The notes beneath the pieces were generated by a model. That model was not told where the DNA came from. It saw nothing but the letters and a program-made list of their open reading frames with translations, and did not search any database. From the NCBI GenBank assembly GCA_002633005.1, contig NMRA01000306.1, forward strand, positions 50,201 through 114,200: a stretch of DNA of 64,000 nt, in the 5' to 3' direction. This document shows positions 12,916 through 24,480 of this stretch, one piece after another (the stretch's first letter is position 1; each line of letters starts with the position of its first letter). This stretch comes from Phoronis australis. Lineage: Eukaryota > Animalia > Phoronida. The position numbers and the translations under genes were made by a program.

Positions 12916-13052
12916 CAGTAGCGGATTTAAGGGAGGGGTATGGCCCCTTAAAATTCCGTTTGGAAGTACGGTGGTGCGAATGTCTGAAGGGCAAAATCCT
13001 GACTAATACTCTGCCCTGTCCCCCCTGACTCAAAATCCTGGATACGCCCCTG
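12916..13052. mobile_element. Small MITE (CAGTAGCGGAT...ATACGCCCCTG)
   Basis: Related TIRs; TSD GAGTG/GATTG. Confidence 0.6.
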
Positions 13053-14065
13053 GATTGTGTAACAAGTTCCGATCCATTTTTGGCCGGTAAATGGTTTAAA
13101 TCAGAAGCTGGTTTCTTGGGGAGGATCGCGTTTATAGCCGGTTTAATTGATTATAGGTATGATAATTAGATATGCAAGCTCACGTGACTAACGTTTTCAG
13201 ATAATGCTGCATATTCTGGTTCTTTAACCTTTAATCAATTTATCCGGAGTAATTAATACACGAGTAGTAAAGAATTATCTAAATTGTCAAATTCGACTGC
13301 GCACGTGAATAACTGTAACAGGTGCCAATTTAGGACCGTCTATTGTAGCCTGGTCACTTCCAGTGTATGTGGCGTCAACAAATGATTAACTTTTTTCCAC
13401 CACCATTACTTACTACGGAGCTAAATGAAGAAGGATATTCCCAACGAAGACGAATGTTCCTAAATAAAGACGGATATTCCTAATGAAGACGAATATTCCT
13501 CATGAGGGTGGAAATTCCTAATCGGTGCCGAAATTGGATTTTGCCGAAGTCCTTGTTTCTCAGTTTCTTTAAATTCGGAAAAATGAAAATTTCATTGTTT
13601 CTTGTGGTCTGGATGCTGTCGTATTGGTAAAAACACACAAAATGTCTGCTCAAAATTTATTTTAATGAGCTTATATTCTAGACTTGAATAATGCTTTGCG
13701 ACAATCTCCATAAATCTTTTTGATAAACTGTGTACTTAAGATATGATACGACCTGGTGCTTGAAAATGTATCGTCACCGTTTCTTCCTTGAGAAAATTTA
13801 AGTAAAGCGCATCTAAATTCGTCAATGACTAGACATTCGTTATCGATACGCATGCACAAAGAATGTAATGCAAAACAACTGGACTTTCGTGTACATCCCC
13901 AGCTAATAATTAACGTGATACATATAAACATGTAAGCGGTTATACACAATATAGGCGACTTTCGCGGTACTCTAGTACCCTAATTAAAAACTTAGCCAGA
14001 GCCTGTGAAGAATTTAGAAACAATTTTTAAATTTAAAAATATACACCTTAGTCTAAGACATTCTG

Positions 14066-15031
14066 CATAGGCGGATTTAGGGGGGGCGGCACCCCCCTTG
14101 GTTGCTGCAAAAAATTGAACAGCAAGAGCGTAGGGAAATGTTGAGTTTATTAATTAACCCCGGTAATTAACATTCTACGGCGGAAACAAGATTGAAATGT
14201 GTGCAGTTTTAGTGTCTTTGGGGGGGGATCCAATTTCAAGTGTCAAATTCGGAACACGGCTCAATCGTAACGGAACTATGGCTAAAGTATAGGCTCTCCC
14301 GCAATATCCCAGGCGACCGGCAGTGGCGCTGCGCACTACGACTTCGTTTCCGTCGTCTACTTCACTGTGCAATAAAGAAAATTACTTCATTTTTTAAAGA
14401 AAATGGAATCTGAGAGACGAATATAAAACACAAGCTGCTGGTAAGATGTGAATTTTAATCGAAGCCTTATTGAATCACCCAGAAAATCATAATTCTCTCT
14501 TTGTCAAACCTTAAGACGATTTCCAAAGCAATCGCGTCATTAATGCCAACACAAAATAAAAGATTTGGTCTTTTGGACAATTGAAGACTATTTTAAATAC
14601 AACAATTTTATTACGAACTGATTGCTCAAAATATAAAAAGTGTAATAAACATTACAAAAAAAGGGTTTCGCGCGCAAACGCTGTGGACCATAAACAAGTA
14701 GGTCTCTTCATTCATTATTAGGAGTGAAATTGTGGTGGTGCAGTGTAAAGCCCGCGCGCGCTATCCGTCAGGTCGTGAGTTCGAGTCTGTGGGACTCATT
14801 TGCACTTTTTACTGTTTGACACTTTCTCCGCGTTTTTTTGCCTTTTTTCTTGGATAATACTTCGGGAATTAAGGAAAATGCTTGATTGTTAGAGGAAAAA
14901 ACAGAAAAATTTCCTGGGCCCTCTTCCCGACCTCCCCCCATTGGGTGCTAGGCGCATCTACAATTGTGCTTTGCGCAAATGTTTACAGACAAAATGTTGG
15001 GCCCCCTTGTGATATCCTAGATCCGCCACTG
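14066..15031 (+). mobile_element. Family A, copy 3
   Basis: Same termini and internal sequence; TSD TTCTG/ATCTG. Confidence 0.88.
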
Positions 15032-15337
15032 ATCTGCATTCTGTATTAACGGTTATGTAAAATATATACATACACATACTCACGCACGCACACGCGAACA
15101 CGCACACTCATACCACAGAACGCGAACTATGCATTTCAAATTTTATTATGTAAACGTAATTATCTACAAAATGTTTCATAAAAGAAACAAACTTTTTAAG
15201 TTGATCCATATTCTTACCATCGCGTTTAGCTTTCGTATTTGACTGGTTAACTACGTAGCTTAGCTTTGAAGACTGATCAACACTCACTGGTTCACATTTT
15301 AGGAATATCTTGAACACGATTTCTCTTGTTATTTCAG

Positions 15338-15565
15338 CGTAACATGACAAGAATACACGGCCACGTCGTGACATGTGACTTTGTGAACGTGCATGAAATA
15401 GTTTGCCCGCTTCCGCCGGGAGCACTCAACGCTTCCCTTGGGACATACATCATACGCCTCAGTAATAATGGCGGCAAAAACTTTAACACTGCGTTCAACG
15501 TCACAAGAGTTGAAAAGACTCCCGATTGCGTCATGTGTACACACAGTGGAAAATGTACTATTAAG
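15338..15565 (+). CDS. VWDE: VWDE-like protein exon (IPT/TIG-like)
   Basis: atttcag / gtaaga; ...FVNVHEIVCPLP...YIIRLSNNGGKNF...DCVMCTHSGKCTIK. Confidence 0.88.
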
Positions 15566-15856
15566 GTAAGAAGACACAATTGCGCTGCAATGCCTGAGAA
15601 ACAATAGACTGTTCAGTACTTTCATAGGAGACATCCGTGTATCAACTGGTGGCGACTGGTCACGTGGGACTGGATACTAGTGGCCTCTAGAGCACAAGGA
15701 GGGAGGAGGGAGGGAGGGAGGGAGCTAAGAAGTTTCCTCTGGCACGACCAGGTGTCGACAAGTGTCACCTCTCCTATTATACCGTTAAACCACTCACGTT
15801 CCACAGAGTTCTGTCTTAAGACTTACTAATTTGTTTTTCACCGATGTTTATTTCAG

Positions 15857-15968
15857 TCAAACTTTTGCCTTGTGGACAGTGTGTGTTATAGTCCTGGTAT
15901 CGTTGATGCTGCCAACAAAATGGTGTGCGATTCATCCGTATCGACTTCATCTATTATCAAAATTGCCG
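15857..15968 (+). CDS. VWDE: VWDE-like protein exon (C.ID..CY module)
   Basis: tttcag / gtaata, phase 0-1; SNFCLVDSVCYSPGIVDAANKMVCDSSVSTSSIIKIA. Confidence 0.85.
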
Positions 15969-16780
15969 GTAATATTAGTTTGATTATTCTTTGCAGTCGT
16001 AGCGCGAAACATTTACAAAAATACAAGTGAGAGCAATTAGTCTCTGACATACCATATGTTGAACACATCACGTGACCTTTACTTAGAACGTTTTTAGCCA
16101 CAGTTCACGTGATATGAACAACCTATTGTTTGAACTGACTAGTAACTCCTAATTATACAATATCAAATATATCATATCATTTATAACAGCATAGTCTTCC
16201 AAAAGTGCAGAATCTAAAAATTGCTCATTTCTAATGTGCTTTCAGTGTGTTTTCCGTCATATTTTGAAAATTACTGTGGTATTTCCATTTTTTTATTCAT
16301 AAAGTAGAACGGTATTAATTATTATTTTGATATCTTGGCGTCTTCCACTTGGAATCTATACTTTCAAAAGACGATTTCTGACGCAACAGGAGCGAGAGTC
16401 CATCATGCTCTGTGTCTCCCAACAGGTATGCCGACACATAGTCCCATTATTTATTCCTCAGATACTCCATTCAAATACATAAATGCCGGAATCTACGTTC
16501 AGGGGTGCATGAAGTCCTTTCAAGAGGCCGGTTATCTGAGGTGCTCCCAAAATGTAGATTCTTAGTTATCTCTACACTATGTGGGCGGCGCAGCACTAAA
16601 AAAAGTGGTGGGCCTAAAGCTCCCTCTGCCCCCCTGTGGTGCACCGCCTATAGACCATGTGTGGCTTAGCACTGAAAAAATGGGGGCTATAGCCCCCCCG
16701 CAGCCCCCTATGGTGCGCCGTCCATGAGCTAACGTAAATATATTCTCGGTCTGTCCAACGCTTTAATACACCTATTTCAG

Positions 16781-16960
16781 ACGGTGGTTGGGGAATGTGG
16801 ACGGCGTACGGCAAATGTACCACTGACTGTGGTCACGGACGGAAGGTAAGGACCAGGAAATGTGACTTACCTAAACCTACGTTGATGGGCCGGCTTTGTG
16901 ATGGCGAACATCGGCAAGAGATTGGTTGCTTCGAGAAACACTGTCCGCTGCAGTTAGAGA
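16781..16960 (+). CDS. VWDE: Thrombospondin type-1 repeat exon of the VWDE-like gene
   Basis: tttcag / gtgagt, phase 1-1; DGGWGMWTAYGKCTTDCGHGRKVRTRKCDLPKPTLMGRLCDGEHRQEIGCFEKHCP is a canonical TSP1 pattern. Confidence 0.9.
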
Positions 16961-17688
16961 GTGAGTGACGAATCGATTGCAAAAGTAATATGCGCTTCAT
17001 AACTTTACTAGCAGTCTGGAACTTGCCGCATAATTTTAGGATGAAAAGTAGGATTTTAGTTGCGTTATGCTAGCATATTATGATTCGGTGTTCGTTCGGC
17101 GACGTGTCTGCGTGCTATTTGTCTTAACATGGCTGAAGACTCCTCAAAGTGCACATTTCTCCCGTTTCATTGTCTTCTATCACAAACACCAACCTTTGGA
17201 TAAAACCACTTGCCCTAACGGTCTCAAAGTTTCGAAAGAACTGACACTTTGTTATTGCGTGAGGTCAGGCTTTACAAGTTAACTTGTCGCGGAGTGTCAT
17301 TTTATGCGCAGAGGATGGTCTCAACTAATAAAGATCTACCAGTTCTTTGCCAATTCCTTCTCGCTGAGAGAGAATCAAGTTGAGGACTATTTTATATCGG
17401 TAACTTGTCTTAATCAAAGTTCCTTTCTTGGGCGCAACATTAGTTTGTAGACGTTTTAGTAGGTCTAACGTTCAGTGACCTCATCAAGACAGAACGGTTA
17501 ATTCAACAAATACCTAGCTCTAACAAAAATTGATTAAGTTTAAAAGGGAGCCACTTGTTGTGTATTTGGCGATTCGTGGATATAGCAATGCTTTTATGGT
17601 GTCAAACAGTGTTCGGGTCTCACGAAAAATTATCTATTAGCTCCTGTGTTCTACCGAGCATCTAGAGCAATGATACTTCTCATTCCAG

Positions 17689-18104
17689 CTGGTATTCCCT
17701 TGAACCACATCCTGTTTGGACTTTTTCTGCTCATAATCCTCGTCATTCTCGTGCTCAGTATCATAGCCGTAACCAAATGTGTCCGTCAACAGAATCGCAG
17801 GAACGTGGTGCGTTCGAAAAAGGCTGCGAGGGGTGAATTGAAGCGGGCGGAATGTGACGTGGATGAGTTTCCCATGGACGAGATGGATAAAAGATTGCAG
17901 AGACAGAGCCATGTGGACCAAGTCAGAACAAGAGACAGTCGTGCGGGTGCGAAATTTTGGTCTAGAAGAGACGAGAGCACCCTGGTGGACGTCGAAGAAA
18001 ATACGATTTCGCTGGAGCGTAGTGATCAATCGCCCAAACATTACAGAGAGAGACGTGTCCCTGAATCGAGACCCTCAACCCGAAGACAAAATTTCTTCAA
18101 CTGA
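17689..18104 (+). CDS. VWDE: Terminal exon: transmembrane helix and cytoplasmic tail of the VWDE-like protein
   Basis: cttctcattccag acceptor (alternative in-frame AG at 17640); ILFGLFLLIILVILVLSIIAV followed by basic TKCVRQQNRR; TGA at 18102-18104; AATAAA at 18493. Confidence 0.82.
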
Positions 18105-19581
18105 AAGTAATACGGTCTTTCGAAATGTGCGTGAATGTTGTTTGATCTTGGCCATTTTGCTCAAAATATTTATATTTTCAATATTTGTCAACGTTAGCTA
18201 GGTTGTGTGACGTGAAAAACACCGTACATAGGTATTTGGTACGATAAGCGTTCATGATGAGAGGTGAACTCTGAACTGACGTTTGCTAGGTGCGAAGATA
18301 TTCTGAAGGACACGTTGTGTGTCTTTCTACATTCTGAATTGTATTTTTTATGATTTAGGCTGAGATTTTTGAGATGTCAAAGTTATATTGGGTGCTGTTT
18401 AAGTGTGATTATTATTTTGGAACACCCCAATACATGCCATGACGAGTTTAGATTGTTATGCTTTTTCAATCCACACAAAAGTTGAACCGTGAAATAAAGC
18501 AAATTAACACTTCTTGTTTTCTATGATCATAATAGGGTTGGAATGGTGCTCATGGGTATTATTTTGGGGGTAACAAATAAAATTCTTAATTCATAATTCA
18601 TCTTGCTCTGATGTTGGCCTGTTTGTCCCAGCATTGTATCTCGCATTTTAACTTCAAAAACACTCTTTCGGCTTCATTTAAAAAAAATCATTAAACGGAT
18701 TTTAAAGCGATTCAGTTCAGTCGAAACTTAAGCCCAAAAATTAATATGCTCATTCAACACATCTTCAAATATTTTGAACTTAACTGAATTTATAAGAGTT
18801 TTTTAGTTTAATTTTGTTTTTGGTGCGAACCACCTAACATGTCAACCGTGGTGAGAGATAGCTGACTCGTGGCATTATGGGTACTCTCTCAAAGTAAACC
18901 ATACGCAACGAGGTTTCCGTGGAAACTCCTCCCAAGTAATAATCAAATGAAACAAACACTACAAAGGATGAAAATTTGGAAATGTTTATATTTTAGTCGC
19001 ATCGTTTGACTGACGAAACTCATGCTGTTTTCTAAATTGGTGACTGTAAACGAAAGGGTGTCTTAAGTTGTATGTTTAAGCACTGTACTTGGTTATGTGC
19101 TCTAATCCATAACTCCTCAAAGAAGCAGTCAATAATTTTGCTCTGTTTCAAAACATCTTAGTTGAGGAATGGCCTGATTGCCAGCATACTAAATGCACTT
19201 TTTATGTTCGATTTTTCAATACGGTAACGTAATCACGCTTTCGCCGTTCCATACTGGTTTCTCCCATAACTCAAAAATTAGTTCATTTTGCTAATGTGCG
19301 CCAGTATCAGAATTGCCTTCGTAAACACAAGTCAGTAAGGTTAGTGTGATCACGCGCTTCGCTCGTCACGCGTGGCGATATTTAGCGATATCGTGCGTGA
19401 TCTCGCTTTTATCGCAAGAAACGTACTGTACAGAACCAAACCCATGTCGCAATCTTACTGGCGAAACCCCAATGAGGTTGATTTGCTTTACACTATATAA
19501 CGTGATTTTACGTGATCTCACCAATTGCACAAGATATTATAATAGCCTTTATCAAAGGACTCCCGCACCCACCAATCATCT

Positions 19582-19758
19582 TTATGATTCTATCAATATC
19601 TTATACAGTATCGAGTCATTTAAACATCCCTTCACGAATTCCTCAAGAGTCAAAACCCCATCTTGGTTCTCGTCCATATTCTTGAATATTTCTCTTGTTT
19701 TATCCTTCGGCGTCTCACTCATGATAGTCGGATCTTTTCCAGCCATCAAATAAATTGC
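19582..19758 (-). CDS. Neuronal calcium sensor, coding exon 4 (EF4, stop)
   Basis: AIYLMAGKDPTIMSETPKDKTREIFKNMDENQDGVLTLEEFVKGCLNDSILYKILIES*; the spliced total is 190 aa, typical NCS length. Confidence 0.95.
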   Translation of the reverse strand, partial: AIYLMAGKDPTIMSETPKDKTREIFKNMDENQDGVLTLEEFVKGCLNDSILYKILIES

Positions 19759-20285
19759 CTAGGATAGTAAAGTAATAGATCACGTGATGCACGACACAAT
19801 AGATGATCTAGTTATTCAAATGAACATTTACTACTATGAATGTCACCATCCAAACCACCTCTAGGAAACAAGGATGAAACTGTTGAACGTTTAATATGAC
19901 GTCGAACTGAAGGTTCCGTTTCACTTAGCTCACTTGAGGGAAAAATTGCCTGTGCCTGAGAGGGGGTTTTCAGGTGAAGCGAAAATCCACCAGGTCGCCA
20001 CCAAATTCATCTGGTCGTCACCAAGTTGTCCACCCCCGTCACTACCTCAAGTACCTAAAACTAACATTTTGTGCTCCTTTCGAAGCCTCGCCTTTCATGC
20101 TGCTTAGGTCAGATAAATGTCTAATTGAACCTAATTCCCGTGTTTCCTACACGTTGGAGTTTTTTCGTCTGTTTGCCGTAGACGTGTCAGCTACTAAAAG
20201 TTATCCATTTAAATAGTCGCATGGGGTAAATTTACAATAAAGTGCTATTAACTTATCTGGTTGCAACTCGTTGTTGAAGACTCAC

Positions 20286-20402
20286 TTTTAAGACCTCCGC
20301 CATTTCGTTCTCTTCGATGTATCCGTTGCGGTCTATATCGTAGAGCCGGAAGGCTAGCTCTAGTCTCTGTTCTGGAGTACCGGACTTCGTTATACTTATA
20401 GC
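20286..20402 (-). CDS. Neuronal calcium sensor, coding exon 3 (EF3)
   Basis: [39 protein letters not shown]; attcag / gtgagt. Confidence 0.95.
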
Positions 20403-20661
20403 CTGAATAGCAAGAACGAGAAAGAATTGCAGGGTAGAAAGCTTGCTCCCCCAGGACCACAATCAACGTTCTTTTCATAAATGCAGAATGCACTGTGCAT
20501 CTATCGATTTCTTTTTCATGAACCGCATTATGTTCTTAGCACTGTTGTACCGGACATGTTAGACTCGTTGTGTCAAGCACGTGCTACACAGTGCCAAGCA
20601 CGTGCTACACTGTCAAGCACGTGCCTCTCTTACTTTCTGTCAGACATTAATGCGATTTATA

Positions 20662-21135
20662 CAAGGTGTTCCATCGAAATTGGAATCCCGGTGTTAAACA
20701 GATATCTCGGAGTCTAAAACAAACTCCTGAACCTTCAAAACAACTAAACACTCCGAAAAACACGAACTCCGACCTTTAAAACAGGAACCCCAGGGATCAG
20801 ACAGGAACCCCGAACAATTTTTCAAATTTTCTCAGACGAAGTCAGTAACCTCAAACTTTGAGTTAAAGCATCTTCAAGTGTTTTCCAGTTGTTTTCTGCA
20901 TTTGTTTGCTAAAATTGTCTATAATAAATCATAATTTACCTTACGTAGACTTAGTTGCTTTTTATTGGTAAAATTTGTACAACTTGTTTGAAGGCGAATT
21001 TCAAAAAAATCTATACTCTCAACTCCTTATTAAATCGGTGAATATTTAGTTAATTTCAGATTATTCATAGTTTCTCCAAAAATATTTTCAAAAAAAAGTT
21101 ATTTCAATTTTCGAGTGCGATTTTTGATTAATTCC
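20662..21135. mobile_element. Partial copy of the mariner-type element
   Basis: TA|CAAGGTGTTCCATCGAAA...; matches the reverse complement of 6180-6952 without the nested MITE. Confidence 0.7.
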
Positions 21136-21528
21136 TTTAAATATCTATACAATTGACCGCATTTTAGGGTTCGTTAATTTGCTTGTGGAGTGCACTTTAT
21201 TCCTGGCACAACCAATTTCCGGATTTTGAAATAGACAGCAGAATTATTCACTCAAAAGACCAGCACCGTCACCAATTTCACCGTTCTTGCCCTCAAAAAG
21301 TGTACTTCAATTCCTAATCGATCATTAAAACGGAATTTGGAATCGGTATTTCTGAACTCAACGCATTCACTCTACTTTCTTGAGATAAGCAAAGTTTGAC
21401 AGAAAGTGCGGGAATGATGTTTTGGTCCTCAGTAGAACACCTTGTTATTGGAAAAGTTATTTTTTGGGAAACAGAGTTATGGTTTATGGGGAACAAAACA
21501 CGCTACAGCAAGAAAGATACACTTGAAC

Positions 21529-21764
21529 TAGTGGCGGATCTAGAACAACATAACGGGGAGCCCAACATGTTGCCTCGGGGAATTGGGCAAAGCACGATTG
21601 CATGTTCGCAGGGGCCCGAAAGTTGGTTAAGGGGGGTCGAGATACAGAACTTCCGTTCAGCAAATCTATCGGTGCACTAAAAAAACGCGAACACGGGCCC
21701 TCCCTCCCCCCAATCCGCTACCGGCAACCAAGGGGGGGGGGCTGAACCCCTAAATCCGCCTATG
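21529..21764 (-). mobile_element. Short MITE with family-A termini
   Basis: TAGTGGCGGATCTAG...CTAAATCCGCCTATG; exact TSD TGAAC; lies in an NCS intron. Confidence 0.8.
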
Positions 21765-21907
21765 TGAACATAAACGAAGTTGGAGGGTTAAAACATTTCT
21801 TTAGATTAAGTTAAGTTTACAGTAGCCAGTGTAGTAGTTAAACATGTTTAGCTTTAAAACTAAAGTAACATCAAACAAGAGCCCAAAACGCGTATTATAA
21901 GAATTAC

Positions 21908-22063
21908 CATCAGAAATTCTTTAAAATCAATCCGGCCACTGTTGTCAGCGTCAAATGTCCTAAAGATGTGTTCGTAGAACTTCTTAGCCTTGCCTTGCGG
22001 AAACATGTCTTGATAAATCTGCACGAAACTGTCCCTTGACAATTGGCCGTCAGGACACTCTCT
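21908..22063 (-). CDS. Neuronal calcium sensor, coding exon 2 (EF1, EF2)
   Basis: RECPDGQLSRDSFVQIYQDMFPQGKAKKFYEHIFRTFDADNSGRIDFKEFLM; CPxG inactive EF1, canonical EF2; ttctag / gtaatt. Confidence 0.95.
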
Positions 22064-22240
22064 CTAGAATTCGAATTGAACAAGCACTCGGTGAGAGGTT
22101 CACGATAACATTATTCTGTTCAAGAGTATTTTATTTTCAAATGTTATGTGTTATCCAAATCTTAACCACTCGACATATGGCTTTTTAACCACCGAAAGCA
22201 AACAAAGTGTTTGTCTACCACATGTAAATCACGTAGCCTG

Positions 22241-22348
22241 GGGTCTGATTTCATTAATATACAATTTTTAAGCAAAGTTTAAACTGTTACGTACATCGAA
22301 ACTTCTAAAAATCGTCGTAAAGTTTCGACATTTTAATGAAACTAGCCC
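22241..22348. mobile_element. PIF/Harbinger-type MITE with CTG TSD
   Basis: CTG|GGGTCTGATTTCATTAA...TTAATGAAACTAGCCC|CTG. Confidence 0.55.
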
Positions 22349-22776
22349 CTGGGTTGTTCACACAACACGTTCATTATTCGTTAGGCTCTCTAGTCACAAA
22401 AATAAATATATACACCAAAAACGCTGATAATTTACGTTTTTCATCCTGAATCCAAATCACACCACGGCCTTTAAAACCTTAATTATCGGAGAATTATGTC
22501 AAAGTTACGTTCTTTTAAAAACACACGTTTAAACTACCACGATTTTGCTGATGTGTAACAAAAAGAACTTCACGGCCCATTGCATTGACTCCAAGGTTTT
22601 TATAGAGTTTTGGCATGTTATTTAGCTAAAATTTCCTTGAATTTTGGTTTAAATTCAACACTATACCGTGCATAATATTCATGTGAGCTGCGATGGTCTC
22701 GTTCCATCGCCTAAATGGAAGCAATACGTATAATTCCCGAGATTATTCTGTACACGTAGAAGTGATTGCTACTCAC

Positions 22777-22899
22777 AATAAACACTTTATACCACCCACG
22801 AATCTGCTGTTCTGTAAACACCGTATTTCTCGTTAAATATTTCATGTCTTCCGGATCCACGCGAGGCTTCCTCTTTTTCACGGAGATATCCGAGCCCAT
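22777..22899 (-). CDS. Neuronal calcium sensor (neurocalcin/NCS/recoverin family), coding exon 1
   Basis: ATG at 22899; MGSDISVKKRKPRVDPEDMKYLTRNTVFTEQQIRGWYKVFI has an MGxxxS myristoylation motif and T.F...EI..WYK.F; gtgagt donor. Confidence 0.93.
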
Positions 22900-23591
22900 G
22901 CTGAGCGAGTTCAAACTCCTCTGTTCTTGCTCTGCAACGACACTAAATTGATCTCCTCACATGGAAAACACAAACGCACAAGTAATTAGAGAATACACAA
23001 AAATTATTACATGGAGAAGTCGTTATCCCCCGTTATCTAGAGCCCGAGTGAATTTTGGAGAATCATCGCCCGAGGGGCGTTGAACGAGAAACAATGCAAT
23101 GAATCGATCTACCTTTCTCGACTCGCCTCGGCTTTGTAACTGCTTTCTATGTCAGAGGCCCGGGGTCGGAGGTCGTGACCCTTTAAGAAAAGCCGAGCTA
23201 TTTTTGTCAAATAATGCTTTTACTCAAAACCAATTGAAAAATAAAACAAAATAGAAATAAAGTGAATCTGTAAATTAAGGTGTAGCAACTATTATAGCTT
23301 ACTACACATTTTATCACCCTAAGCTTCGACCGGGAAAATATCGTCTGCTAAAGTAAGTTACCACTAGTAACTGACTATAATGCTCAAGTCAAAGGATCCT
23401 GACGTCACGATACCCGCATTCAAATTGGAGATTGGTGATTTACAAGTGAGAGAATACGAGAGAAAATTTTCACTGAATTAAAATATCGTTTTTATGGAAA
23501 TTATGCGTCTTATTTTTCATAGCGTATAAATGTCGGTGCAATGCCTTTTGCTGAACATGAGATTGTTGCGTGTGCGTTCGATGACGTCAGC

Positions 23592-23662
23592 CGCTGAGTG
23601 GCGTAGTGGTAAAGTCGGCGACACGAAACTATTGAGGCCCGGGTTCGAAGCCGGCACCGGTT
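23592..23662 (+). pseudogene. tRNA-derived sequence (SINE head or tRNA pseudogene)
   Basis: A box TGGCGTAGTGG and B box GGTTCGAAGCC at tRNA-like spacing, but the D, anticodon and acceptor stems do not pair. Confidence 0.6.
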
Positions 23663-24328
23663 TCCCGCCAAAATGTTATTTCACTAGTGAGATAACTTTG
23701 TGGGTTAGTACACGGTTGTATCTGCCATTCGAGGCTAATATTGTGGTATGAAGTGAACTTCAACACACAATACAAGCGTAGGTTATCTGTTACCAACACA
23801 GAAGTTTGGTAACAACATTATTTTATAAAAAGCTACATACCCCTGAACAGCAGCGCTGCATATGATTCTAAGATCTTTTCTGTTCAGATGTTGTCTGCAC
23901 TCAATGAACGCAAAACTTCAACAAATATCTAGACGCTATATCGCCGAGGACGTCTTATTTGACAAAACACACGAGTTCTTCAAAGACAAAATTCATATGT
24001 TGCTTTAAAAGCACGTTCATTTTTGCTTTGAAGTGGAGTCGATTTATTTCAGCAAAATGGTTCACTTAAAGTTGCACTTCCTTCCCGCCTACTGCTTTAT
24101 CCTTAAAGGTACATGTATATATACAGCGGTGTTTAGGTAATATGACTACATGCATTACCTTCAAGACAACTGGATTCAAATGCGGGTAAATATCGAATGT
24201 TTGACATAATTTTTCGGCAATCCCAAAAATCGAGCTGTGAAATAAGTTAGTGCTCCTTGTTATAGTTGGAACGTAGCTCAAACGCTGTAGTTATTCATCG
24301 TTGACTTACAGTGACATTACCCTAGACA

Positions 24329-24480
24329 TAGAGAATCCTACACGAGTCTCAGGTTTATGACGTGGGCAAAACCTCTTGGAAAATTCGTCAAAATCCCAAG
24401 GCTTGACGAGGGATTTTGACGAAATCTCCAAGAAGTTTTGCCTATGTCACGAATCTGAGACGAGTGTAGGATTTGTTCTC
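24329..24480. repeat. Imperfect ~64-bp-arm palindrome (Crypton-like non-autonomous hairpin element)
   Basis: AATCCTACACGAGTCTCAG...TCGTCAAAATCCC-12 nt-GGGATTTTGACGA...CTGAGACGAGTGTAGGATT. The Crypton link is inference. Confidence 0.7.

Noticed and set aside
23592-23662. Functional tRNA gene
   Set aside because: A and B boxes are present, but the cloverleaf stems do not pair.
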